From: Fonticula alba ATCC 38817
Lineage: Eukaryota; Protista; Nucleariida
NCBI GenBank assembly: GCA_000388065.2
Contig: KB932212.1
Reading direction: 5' to 3' (one strand)
Length of the DNA: 41,716 nucleotides
Position 1 is the first letter of the stretch. The number at the start of each line of letters is the position of its first letter. A program made the position numbers and the translations under genes. This document shows, piece by piece, positions 1 through 11,461 of the stretch. The notes beneath the pieces were generated by a model. That model saw only the letters and a program-made list of their open reading frames with translations. It was not told where the DNA came from and did not search any database.

Positions 1-3000
1 CCCGCAACATAAGGGCGCCCCATGGGTCGCTTCACACCGATTCCCCTTTCCGGACAGCGCCCCCGCCGAGGATCGCGTACACATACCTGGTTCTTCGGCT
101 GCCGCGACCCACCCCATATCCGGCAAATGGTGCTGCTCACGGTGCGCCGCCACAAGACACCTCGAGCAACTCCATGGCCCATGGCAGCCATTCCCCAGGC
201 GAGTGCTCAATCACCCACACACCCGTGGACCCAGTCCGAACAGACCCCCCACGCCCGGCCCTCGGGACTCGCCTCACACATTCCCACCCATCCACAGAGC
301 CGGCTCCATGAATGACCACCGCTCGAGAATCCCCCACCGTGGCAAGCAGACGAGCCCGCCCCCCCACCCATCTCACCTCTCCGCAGGCCGATGGAGCCCG
401 CTCGCCATGGCATGCACGTTCCACCCCTCGACCCATAGGCGCATGTCCAGTCACCCATCACAAGGCACAGAGCACCGGGCCGCCAAAGTGTCCACCTCAG
501 CTGTCACCACTGCTCATGGGGCACCCCGCTGCGCAGGTGCCCGCCAGAGCACTCCCTTGTCCACGCCTCGCGCACATCGCCACCAGACCCTCTCCCGGCA
601 GGCTATCCACTTGGCCCAGGGGGGCGGACGCTCTTTCCGGGCCAGGCGAGGCCTCGGTGCTGGCACGGCTTCTCGGGCCTGACTCCATCCGGCACTCAAG
701 CCGCCGAGTGCTACCCAGGCGCGCCCGTGCCTTCTCCCGAGAGTCGTCTCGACCAAGTCAGTGCCCGGCACCCGACCCATCCCCACCACCAGGCCGAGGG
801 CCCGAAAGCCTGCCACTCCATGGCAGCAAGCCGCCATGGCACAGGGGCAGCCGGAGACGACCCATGCACTCGCCGCCGCAGCAGCACATCCCCGACTTCA
901 AGGCCCTGCCAACCGCAGGGGCCCGGTGCCTCCCTCGACTCACTGGCTGACGTTCCTCCTGCCATGCCTTGCCCCTGCCGGGACAGGCCGAGCCCCTCGC
1001 TACTGGCCGGCCAAATGCACCAGCACCCGCGAGCACCCCCACTGCCAGGGGGGCCAACCTTCACATGTGGTGTGCCTAATGCCCCGCTCCCCCGATCACC
1101 GGCCGGCCATGCCGTTTTCCCGATGGCCAGCCCCCCTCGATCCTGGGGCCTCTTCGGGAGCAATTAGTGTCGCTAGCACCAACACAAGAAGCCGAGCAGG
1201 CAGCCCCGGGGAGTGATGTAGGACACACGGGGATCTTGGCGCATTGCCTCTCCTCAAGCCCGGAGGCATTGCTTCCCAGGCCCAGCCGACACGGCGGCCG
1301 CATGCGCGCGTTAGATGTACGCCATCCGCCCCGGCGCGCGCCTCGAACCTCCCCCCCCCCCTCCCCCCCTAGAGGCCGCCTCTTACACGGCCACAGCTCC
1401 CAGCCAGAGCGGGATTCCCCTGAGACCAGGCAATGGCTGCTCAAGACCCCGGCAGGCCCCTCGTCGCACCTCAGAGAGAACAGACGAGCACCCCCCCCCC
1501 CCCCTCCCGTCCACAAGTCACACAGAAGTCTCACACATTCCCTGCCCAAGGACCCATCGCCCGTCCGCCGAGCGCATTCCTGCAAGCCCAAGGTCCCCCG
1601 AGGGCGCCTCCCGAGGCGCGCCGGTCGGTCATGCCCACAATGGACCACCACATCACACCCCCCTCCCCGCGGCATGGCCCGCCGTCTGTAAACCCATCCC
1701 CCTCTCCTTCAGACCAAGGGGAGCCCCGGGCCCAGGCAGGTCGGTGCGTGTGGAGTCAACACCGGACCCGAGACCGGACAGACACACACACATGCACACA
1801 GGCCCTTTGGTGGGGCTCCCCGCATTCTCTTAACATTTTCCAGGATGATGCATCACCCGCATCCCTGCTTGCCCGGTGACAAGCTGGGCACGCCCCGCCA
1901 CGGCTGGGCCGGCCATCGGGCGCAGGGCTTGTTCCCCCGTGCCCCGCCCTCGCCCGACCGGACGAGGGAAATATCCGCCAGCTCGGCCGGCGAGAGGAGA
2001 CCCTGGCACAGGCACGGGCAGACCGTGCGGCGGCGCAGCGGCGGCGAGCCCCCACAAAGGCAGCGCAACTTCCCGGCCCACACGTCACCATGAAAGGCTC
2101 CCCGCCACCCGCGGACACCGGCAGCGCCGGCCTCCTGGACGGGAGCCGCGGCCTTGACGCCTCCCCCGCCCCCGGCCGCTAGATGGCTGACATGGCGGCA
2201 GGAGGGGCAAGGCAGCCAACACCCCCAGATCGACATCGGCCCACCGCAGAAGGTGGTCCTGGAGTGGGGCCAAAAGTCAGTGCCACTGGCGAGCGGTTGC
2301 TGCACAGTAGGCCCGCGACCCAGCACCAAAAGCCACCGGGGAGCTCACCGCGAGAGGCAAGGAAGGAGGGATGGCGCGGTTCGCCCAGAGAATAGATCAC
2401 AGCCCACCCCGCCCTCCCTGAGCGCAAACACACCGTGCCTGCCCCGAGGAGGGGATCGACGCGAGTCCCCCCCCACACACAGACCGGGCACCGGGCTGTG
2501 GTACCGGCAATCGCGGAGGGGGCTCGCGGGAAGGAGCATCCTCGCCCGCACGCAGGTGCATCATCCAACCAATACAAGCAGGGGAAAGCACCTCGCCAGG
2601 GAGGGCCCCACACGTAAGCTGCACCTAAGGGCCATACGAGAAACTTTGACCCCCAGGGACAACGCCTCGCCGGCAGGACAGGGGCCCGGTGGCCCTGGGA
2701 GGCATGGTGTGTGGGTGTGTGGACGCATACGGAGGGGCTGAGAGGAGGGGGGACGAGGAGGGCGAGGAAAAAAAAGGGCGGACAGGAGAAAGGGCGGGCG
2801 AGAAAAGCGCGCGCGACACCCAGTGGCCACGGCTGGGGCACGCGTGGGGCTTCGGAGGGAAAAAAAAAAGGAGAAACGGAATGAAGAGGGTCTGGATGAT
2901 TCGGCCCCCCGGCCACCACATGGACTCGGGCGTCTCAAGAAGAAAGGGACCACACGGACACACCATATATGCTGGTCTTTTTTAATCTCTCTTTTATCAG

Positions 3001-4442
3001 TGGGCAGCCCCTCTCGGGGCTATACGTAAAATGCCCGAGGTCATCTCACAAAAAACTGCCCACGCATCGGCTGGCCACTCTGCACGCCCTGTTGCCGGGC
3101 CCGGAAGGAGGCCACACCTCCAGGCTGCCGACGGCAGGTCCATGCCTCCCCGTCTGTTCGCCTGTCCCCCGGACTGCCGATGGTGTCATCACCGCCCCCC
3201 CCCCGCACCGCCGGCCAAGCGGTTGCTCTAGTTCCCCCACACCCGCTCGAACCATAGCACTCCACCCACGTCGTGCCAGCCCCCGTATCCTATGCGCGAC
3301 TTCCGCCTCCAGGCGACTCGACGGCCGCTGCGTCCAACCCATCCAGGCCGCCTATTCAGCTGAGCAACCACAGCGGAGCCAAAGGGGACCCAGCTCTATA
3401 CGGACGTGGGGACTACCACAGGTATCGCCGGCCGGGGACCAGACACACATGCCTGGCTAGGTGACTCGGCCGCCCTCCATACGACAAACCATGCGGTCCA
3501 CGCCAACCAAAAGCCGCACGGCCACATTGCCCTGCCACAGAAAGAGCAGCCCTTGCGCGAAATCGCCAGCCAGCAACCCAAAAAGCACTCGCGCGGCTCA
3601 TCCCTCCCCAGAGATGTTCAACCCCCCCCCCCGGCCGGCGTTCATCCCTCGAGACAGGGATCGGTGACAGGCGCACTGGTCGCACCTTGTCCCCGTCCCA
3701 CCTCCGCGAGTGGGTGACTCAGTTCCTTTTTAGATCCCATCTTCCCGGTGAACCACCATGTGGCGTAGAGCCGGCACACCCATCGTCGTGGGGATCGGCA
3801 TCCACTCGTTCGGTGCTCGCTGCCTGCCTGCTGGCCTTCATGCCTCCAGGCCACCAGCCACCGCCATTCTCGCACAATCAACCCACAACAACATTAACTG
3901 AATACCGACACGAGTCACGAGCTCAGCCACGTCGAACATGTGGCCACATGGATCTGACTCCATCCATGCTACATTCCTACCGTCGGGAATGCCCAGCATT
4001 TTACCCGGCTCGAATTGCCAGGCCGACATGGCCAAGTCCGGAGAACACACTCCACCCAAGAGATCCCCTCCAAGGGGGCCCTTCCTGGGCTGTCTCCGCT
4101 TTTGTCTTTTTCGCGGACTTTCCTTTTGCCGGCTCCTCGGCATTTTGGACAATCGCACCCCCCCCCCCCCCCCCCCCCCCTCCCGAGCCCTCAAGCACGC
4201 AGACCGCAGGATGGCTTCCTCGCCCGGGCCACGCTCGCACACCCCCCTCCGGTCGCCCGAGGCCCGCAGCAGGGCCCGCGGTCTTCGCCCATCATACGGC
4301 GATCAAAGAAAAAAAAAAAAAAAGACCTCTTCAAGTGCGGCTGTCTGGTCAAACCCCCTCTCTGACAGCCGGCCGGATGAGAAATATCTCGCCGGCACCG
4401 CGCGGCGATCCTTCCCTCCGCGCCGGGCGCCACCAAAAAGTC

Positions 4443-4515
4443 TGGAGGCGGAGGGTATCGATCCCCCTGCCTGCCGCATGCTAAGCGGCCGCTCTACCAT
4501 TTGAGCTACGCCCCC
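4443..4515 (-). tRNA. tRNA-Ala: tRNA-Ala(AGC)
   Basis: Reverse complement folds as a 73-nt cloverleaf GGGGGCG...CGCCTCC-A with the G3:U70 Ala identity pair, anticodon loop TTAGCAT and T-loop ATCGATA. T5 Pol III terminator follows (plus-strand A5 at 4435-4439). Confidence 0.97.
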
Positions 4516-4593
4516 GGATCCTTGGACATCCGCAGGGCAGGCAGCCATTTATTCCAACGAAAGTCGCTTCGGTGCGAAACAAAAAGAGAGGCG

Positions 4594-4665
4594 AGGGCCC
4601 ACCCGGGGTTGATCCGGGGACCTGTCGATCTGCAGTCGACCGCTCTACCACTGAGCTATAGACCC
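4594..4665 (-). tRNA. tRNA-Cys: tRNA-Cys(GCA)
   Basis: 72-nt cloverleaf GGGTCTA/TGGGCCC, anticodon stem GTCGA/TCGAC, loop CTGCAGA, U73 discriminator. T5 terminator at plus-strand A5 4581-4585. T-loop reads ATCAACC. Confidence 0.95.
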
Positions 4666-4744
4666 TTCAGTTGGGGGACACCCCGCGCATTGGGATTTTA
4701 TACTTTCGGCTCGGGGCCCCGACGCGGCACCCGCACGACCGCGT

Positions 4745-6366
4745 CTATTCCGGAGACATGTCCGAGGAGGCGCCCTGGCCGGCCGCACTCTTGGCCGATG
4801 AAAGAGCCACATGTCGAAGGCTGGGGCCGCGCACGGGCACACACCCACACACCATGGCAGTCGAGGAGTCAGTCGAGCTGATGGCCGGATGGCCGGAGGC
4901 CAGCACCGAGAACAGGGTAGCGGGAAGGAACGAAAAAAAGGAAAGGAAAGAAGGAGCTGCGGCATCCCGCTCGACTCCCCTGGCCCCCACCCGACAGGTC
5001 CGACGCACTTGGACAGCAGATCCGTCGTCACGGCAATGAAGGCCTCGTATTCGGCCTGGCCAATTTCCCCGCCCAATGCCGGGCCGTGGCTGGCCGAATG
5101 GCCCGGGCGCCCTGGACCCGGCTCGGCGGCCGCCTGCGCCGCCAGCAGCGCCACGCGCGAGGGCACCAACCCGGCCGGCGGGTTGCCATAGCTGGCCCGT
5201 TCGTAGAGCTCCACAAAGCGCCGAGCCGCCGCCATGTCCATGCCGGACGCCGGGCTGTCCGGGGGCGCCATCGCCGCCGGCAGCAGTTCCAGCAAGTACC
5301 GGCGGACGGTGCAGTGCCCCGGCCGGCCGGGGAAGCCCAGCTCCATGGCGAATTGCTCTGTCACCCGGGCGCACGCGGCCAAGCGGCAGGCCACAGCATG
5401 GCCACAAGGGGACACAAAAGGGGAGGGGAGAGGGGCGCTTGGTGTCAGCCGCCGTCGCCAAAAAAAAAAAAAAAAAAAAAAAAGAACACCCCCGCTCGTG
5501 CCACGAGAGACGCACCAACCAGCTGGAAGGACATGGCCAGCGAGGTGGGGAAATGGATGGGATCCAAGTCCGCCGGATCTGTCGAGGTATGTCAGCGGTG
5601 GCGCGAGGTGACATGGGGGCTCATCTGCCGCGTGGGGCAGGCACCATCTCGCCCCGTGCCCCGCACTGCGGCCCGCCCCCCCCTCCCCCCCCCCCCCCTA
5701 CCACCCCACCAGCACCGAAAAGGGCGAGGACAGCATGACACAAGCACATGGCGCACCCAGAAGACCCCACTGGCCCGGGAGCGAGCCATCCACCGGGCCA
5801 ATCAGGGTTTGCACATTCCGATGGATGCTTTGGTGAATGTAGTCCAGCATCGGCTGCACCGGCAACAGGCGGGCAAAGCGAACGCGTCAGACAACAACCG
5901 GCAGAAGCCCCCCCCCACCCTCTCGGGCGGCAGGCCAAAAGACAATGCACACGCACCCGCGCAATGTGGTACTTCTGCAAGGGAAGGTAGTCGCGTGGGA
6001 TATCCTTCTTGGTCAGGCGCGTCGTCCGAAGCCGGTCCGCGATGATGATCAGGGTGGCAATGACCTGCAGGCGAGCCGCGCCGCCCGACCCGGCAGCCAC
6101 AAGGCCCCCCACCCCCCGGCGGCGGTGTCAGCGTCGATCAAGCGGGAGGGGCGAAAAGCAAAGCGACACATCTCCCGGCCCGGACGCACGAAAGTCCCAT
6201 AGCCCACCAGCAGCAGCGGCACATTCGGCACATTGCCAAACAGATCGTATGCCGTGTAAAACAACGACCCAGCAAGCGTCAGCAGCACCACGGCCACCGT
6301 CAAAAAGAAGAGAGCCGACCGGAGGCGTGACCGCCGGCGGTAGGGCGGCCGGTGGGTCAGGCGCAT
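4745..6366 (-). CDS. DLT1/NICE-3 (C1orf43)-like membrane protein, about 6 exons; last exon uncertain
   Basis: GT-AG exons join in frame: MRLTHR...two hydrophobic helices (FFLTVAVVLLTLAGSLFYTAY; VIATLIIIA), DRLRTTRLTKKDIPRDYLPLQK, MLDYIHQSIHRN, IHFPTSLAMSFQLVEQFA, RPGHCTVRRYLLEL, ARRFVELYERASYG...IGQAEYEAF. This matches the recalled Dlt1/NICE-3 pattern ending in a DUF4129-like FxxLYExAxYG motif. Confidence 0.72.
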
Positions 6367-6848
6367 GGCCGGGCTCGGAAAGGAGAAGGAATCGGCGCAG
6401 TAGGCCGGCCGGGAAGCGAGGCAGGAGGGCGGGGGGGGGGGAGGGCAAGGGCAGAGGAAAAGGCGAGGGGGGGGGGGGGGCTTGCCTCCCGCCTCCGCCC
6501 GAGGCCCCCTGGGGCAGGCCGGCCGAAAAAAAAGAGCAGCCATCCTGCGCACCGGCCCCCAGGCATGCATCCCGTGGCATGCCTTCCACAAGGGCCATAC
6601 ACCGCGATCGGCCGGCGCTTGCGCACACCCGTGCCAGCTGCCACCGCTCCGGCCGCCAGACTTTCTCCCATCCCGGACGGGTGGGCCAAAAGATCGCGCG
6701 CCGGGCCGCGGCCCCCCGTCCCCGGGCACAGGCACCGCCAGCCTCGCTCCCTCCACTCGCTCCCTCCCACCCATCGCCCCCCCCCCCCTCCTTCACGCCG
6801 CCGACCCATCGCCTGTAGCCCCTTCCCCCGGATCCCCTCCCTCCCGCC
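6367..6848. promoter_or_regulatory. Probable bidirectional promoter (DLT1-like / CDC23); similar head-to-head spacers at 17801-18513 and 24247-25071
   Basis: Divergent start codons 482, 713 and 825 nt apart. Inferred from geometry only; no motif identified. Confidence 0.55.
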
Positions 6849-7670
6849 ATGGCTGCCACCGTTAATGGCACCCCGCTGGTCGAGGGCTCGCCGCTGGCCG
6901 TGGCATCTATCGCCACGGTGCTTCTGAATGCCTCGGAGGCGGCCCTCGCCCGGCGGGACGCCGTGTCGGCCGAGTGGGCCGCCGAAATGGCCGCCTGGCT
7001 GGCGGACTCGCCTCTGGCCTCCGGCCAGAGCGCCATCCCCGGGCCGCCTCGCAGCGCCGCCACCCCCCCGGGCATGGTCCCCTGGCTGGTGGCCGGGCTC
7101 CACCACCCGGACGAGTACCACCCCGGCGGCGGCGGCGCCGCGATCGATCCCGCCCGGCTGACCCGGATCCAGACGCTGCTGGCGGCGTCCGACCCGCTGG
7201 GCGCCCTGCGCCTGGTGGATGCCCTTGTGCTGGGCTGGAGCGCGGCCGGCCGCCGGCCGGCCCTCGGCCCCCCGGCCGACCTGGCCACGCCGCGCCTGAT
7301 GCAGGACGCCCTGGACCCGGAGGACCCGGAGGGCGATGCCCGGCCGGCCGGCCCGCTGGACCCCCTGCAATTCCGCCTGGCCGTCCTGCGCCTGGCCGTG
7401 GCCCTGGAGCTGTATGAGTCCCTGCGCGGCACCCCGGGCGAGCTGATCCTCGAGCAGATGTGCCCCCCGGCCGGCAGCCTGCCCGAGCCCGGCCCCGGGC
7501 CCTGGCGGCGCTTCCACGCCCGTTGCCCTGCCTGGCTGGCGTGCATCGGCCGGCTGGCCACCGGCCTCCGCCGGACGCCGGTGGCCCCGGGCCCGGGGCC
7601 CGGCCCCGGAGCCCGGCCCGCCGACATGGCAGCCCTGCTGGCCCTGCGTAGCCGGCTCCTCATGCACATG

Positions 7671-7702
<32 letters not shown>

Positions 7703-9446
7703 TGGGTCCGACGGCCCGGGCCCGGACCCGGACCCGGACCACCACCAGGCCCCCGTCGAGGGCATGTCCCGGCAGGCCCTCGATGACCAAACCCGGCGCG
7801 AGGTGGTTTCCCTGGCCTGCCGGTCCATCCGCGCCTACCCCTTCTTCTGGTCTGTCTGGCTGCACCTGGTCGACCGTCTGGTCGACTCGCCCAATTCCGC
7901 CGAGGTGTGTTGCTTGCGCTTCCCTGCTCCCATGTGGTGGCGGTGCCCCCGGCCGCCCTCCGCCGCCCCCCACCCCGGACTGACCATCGGCCGGCCGATC
8001 GGGCTCACCTCGGTCGTCGGAAGGCGGAATTGGTCTTTCTGTCGCTCCACCGGGACTTCCGCCGCGATGTGCAGGGCGCCCATGCCACCGGCCGGTCCGC
8101 CGGGTCCGCCGGGTCCGGCGACGCCGGCGACGCCGACTCGGCCATGGCCTGCGGCGAGGCGCCGGCCATGTCGGCCTCGGCCGTCGGCCTGGCCTGCGCT
8201 CTGGTGGCCCTCTGCGCGCGGGCCCTCTTTTACCAGCGCACGTACCAGCCCCTGCGGGCCCTGGCCGTGCACTCGCACTTCGACCACCTCCTACACTTGT
8301 ACACCTCCGGCGACCGGGGCGCCCCGGACCTCGGCCTCGCCAGCCCGGACATGTGCCTGGTCCTGGCCCAGGTGGCCCTCCGGTCGCCCTTCCTCGATGG
8401 CCAGCGTCTCCGGTGTCTGACCGCCGTCGGCGGTGTGTTCCCTGCTCACCCGGCACTGCTCCTTCCATTCCCCCCCCCCCCAGCCCCTCCCTCCCTCCCC
8501 TGACTTTCCTCCGCTTCCATGGCCTTGCCCAGAGCTCGAGCAGGCGCTCGTCGGCTTCCGACACCATGTCTCGCGGGACCCCTTCCGCCTGCATGATCTG
8601 GACGCCTACGGGGATGCGCTGTTCATGCAGCGCGATGTGCCGGAGCTGGCGCGCGCGGCGGCCGCCGCGCGGGACCTCGACCGCCGTGCCCCCAGACCCA
8701 CGCCCTGGTGGGCAATCTCCACTCCCTGCGGGGCAATCATGCGGCCGCCTTCTTCGCCTTCCAGCGGTGCCTCTCCTCGGCGGCCGGGGCCCGGCCCGTG
8801 CACACTCCCATCTCCCCTCGGTCGCCGCTCCCCTATGTCCAGGGCGACTGGAGCGGCGCCTGGGCCCTGCTCGGGCATGAGTGCATCGAGATGCACCGCA
8901 TCAATGATGCCATTCGTGCTTTCCGCCGCGCCGTCGGTGCGTTGCCGCCGCCGCCGCCGCCGCCATGGCCGGCTCTCCCGGCACCGCAATCGTCCTGACC
9001 CTCGATGCTTCTTTCCCGCCTTGCGGATATGCCCTCGCCATGTTCCCGGGCCAAACTCCCCCGCCCGGGTCTCCCCGGTCTCCTGCGGGATCTCCCCCTC
9101 CCCCCTTGCTCTGGCCGAAACCCCCGCGCCGCAGAGATCAATCCCCGCGACCACCGCGGGTGGTATGGCCTCGGCGAGGTGCATGAGATGCTCCGTCTGC
9201 ACTCGTATGCCTTGCCATATTACGAGAAGGCCGTCTTCTACAAGTGCGCCCGACATCCTGCCACTAGCTACCTGCCCGCCGGTTGGTTGACTCATCAATT
9301 CGATGCACGCATGCTTATTTCCTCTCACTCCTGGGCTGCACACGCACACGCACGCGCACGCGCACACGTACGCGCACACGTACGCGCACACGTACGCGCA
9401 CACGTACGCGCACACGTACGCGCACCCGCACCCGCACCCGCACCCG

Positions 9447-9477
<31 letters not shown>

Positions 9478-9713
9478 CCGCACCCGCACCCGCACACACA
9501 CACGCACCCGCACACACACACGCACCCGCACCCGCACGCACATGTGCATACCCGCTCTCTGGCCACAGAGGTCGCGATCCGCGGCTCTGGGAGGCTCTGG
9601 CCCGGTGCTACGACCGGCTGGGGCTCGATCGCGAAGCGCGCACAAGCCGCGAGAACTCCGAGCGTTCGATGTCGACCGACGCCGGGGAGATGGAGCTTCC
9701 GGATTTCGTGTGA
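6849..9713 (+). CDS. CDC23: Anaphase-promoting complex subunit 8 (Cdc23), TPR protein, 5-6 exons
   Basis: SAEWAAEM near the N-terminus, then RDPFRLHDLDAYGDALFM, VGNLHSLRGNH..FQRCL, AWALLGHECIEM, EINPRDHRGWYGLGEVHEML..YALPYYEKA and RDPRLWEALARCYDRL. These are collinear with Cdc23 TPRs and the checked splice phases are consistent. Confidence 0.9.
9338..9540. repeat. Compound microsatellite in the last CDC23 intron
   Basis: GCACAC/GCACGC units, five exact CGCACACGTACG 12-mers (9361-9420), then CGCACC units and (CA)n. Confidence 0.95.
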
Positions 9714-10025
9714 CCCCATCACATGATCAAACAGGAACGCGCCCGCCGGTCGTCCGTCCACCCCGTCCCATGACTTGCGCCCCGGCGTCCGGCCCGCCCC
9801 TGCCCCTGGTTAGCTTCACGCGCGCCAGGCGAAGGGGGGATACCGACCGCAGGGGCTGCGGGGCCGAAGAAGAATAAAGAATAAGCCATACACACCTGCC
9901 CGAGTGTACGGTGCCCCCCCCCCCCCCCCCGGCCGTCGCCCGTTCTCGGCGCCCTCTGCCCGGACCGGCGGTTAAAGGGGGGTTACCTGTGCCATGTCGC
10001 CGCGGGGGCGGCCCGNNNNNNNNNN

Positions 10026-10571
10026 CACACGCACCCGCACCCGCACCCGCACACACACACGCACCCGCACACACACACGCACCCGCACCCGCACGCACAT
10101 GTGCATACCCGCTCTCTGGCCACAGAGGTCGCGATCCGCGGCTCTGGGAGGCTCTGGCCCGGTGCTACGACCGGCTGGGGCTCGATCGCGAAGCGCGCAC
10201 AAGCCGCGAGAACTCCGAGCGTTCGATGTCGACCGACGCCGGGGAGATGGAGCTTCCGGATTTCGTGTGACCCCATCACATGATCAAACAGGAACGCGCC
10301 CGCCGGTCGTCCGTCCACCCCGTCCCATGACTTGCGCCCCGGCGTCCGGCCCGCCCCTGCCCCTGGTTAGCTTCACGCGCGCCAGGCGAAGGGGGGATAC
10401 CGACCGCAGGGGCTGCGGGGCCGAAGAAGAATAAAGAATAAGCCATACACACCTGCCCGAGTGTACGGTGCCCCCCCCCCCCCCCCGGCCGTCGCCCGTT
10501 CTCGGCGCCCTCTGCCCGGACCGGCGGTTAAAGGGGGGTTACCTGTGCCATGTCGCCGCGGGGGCGGCCCG
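10026..10571. repeat. Direct duplicate of 9469-10015 across a 10-N gap (contains a second copy of the last CDC23 exon); probable assembly artefact
   Basis: Identical apart from one base in a poly-C run (17 vs 16 C). The copies abut the gap at 10016-10025. Confidence 0.85.
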
Positions 10572-11461
10572 GGTAACCAGGGACGAGGAGCCCAATGGTT
10601 GGCCACAGGTGAACGGTGCGATGATGCCGATCGAGCGGCCTATCTCCCCCAGGTGCGACCGCGGCCCCGGGCGCTCCCGGGACCAGGCCGCCAGTGTCCT
10701 CGGCTCGTCCTGGGGGGGGGGGGGGGGCGTCCCCATCCGCAGTGGAGGGGGACAGAGGGCTGCTGCGCCGGGCCCCTCTCAGGCCGGCTGTTTGGAGATG
10801 TTCCCATCCCCCGGCCGGTGTGACAATGGTCCGGGGGCGGCGCGATTGTGGGGTCCGGACCGGCGCGCGCCGCCGGAACCCCCTCGAGATCGCGCGAACA
10901 CCGCGCCCCCGAGCCATGACTGGCGCCCGTCGATGATGCCCGCCTGACCGCTCGATCGGCCCAATCTGGTGTACATTCCTGATCTCCGGCCTCCCCGCCC
11001 GGGGGGGGGGGGGGGGCTAGCACCGGGGCACGGGGTCACCCGAGGGCAATTACGCGAGGGCCTCGCCTCTATGGCCTGTGTGTGTGTGTTGTGTACGGGG
11101 GTCGCAGGTCCCGGGGGTGGCCCCTCCCGGCGCCTCGCCCGCACGGGCGCCTGCTTGACTCCGGCCACCCCCGCCCGCCGCGAGGGGAATATAAGAAGAA
11201 AGGCGGGCGTGACCCCCGGGGCCCTTGCTCGCACCGCTGCACCACCCCTCCCTCCCCCCCCTGACCCCCACCTTAGCCCGTCCTTGCACATATTCCAGCC
11301 CTGGACGTCTGCTCTAGTGTCCCTTCGCGCCCCTCTCCTCTGCCTCCCCCCCCCCCTCTTGCACGTGCGCCTTGCTTGTCCTGCTCCGCGCCTCCCCCCC
11401 CCACGGATGCGCGCCCACCTGCAAGCGATCTTGTCACCCTCCACCCCCCGCCCCGACCAGC

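Noticed and set aside
761-1216. Possible non-LTR retrotransposon C-terminal motifs (STHWLTFLLP, CQGGQPSH)
   Set aside because: Resemblance is too weak; no RT (YxDD), endonuclease or integrase motif was found in 1-4440.
3000-3063. SECIS element on the minus strand (ATGA plus stem)
   Set aside because: No GA opposite the UGA quartet in a workable register, no apical AA, and no selenoprotein upstream.
3838-4143. 101-aa minus-strand ORF with a basic N-terminus and PCGHMF
   Set aside because: Other RING cysteines are absent, no family is recognisable, and ORFs this long arise by chance here.
9283-9761. ORFs with (TR)n, (HP)n, (CV)n, (RV)n repeats
   Set aside because: They are translations of the intronic microsatellite.
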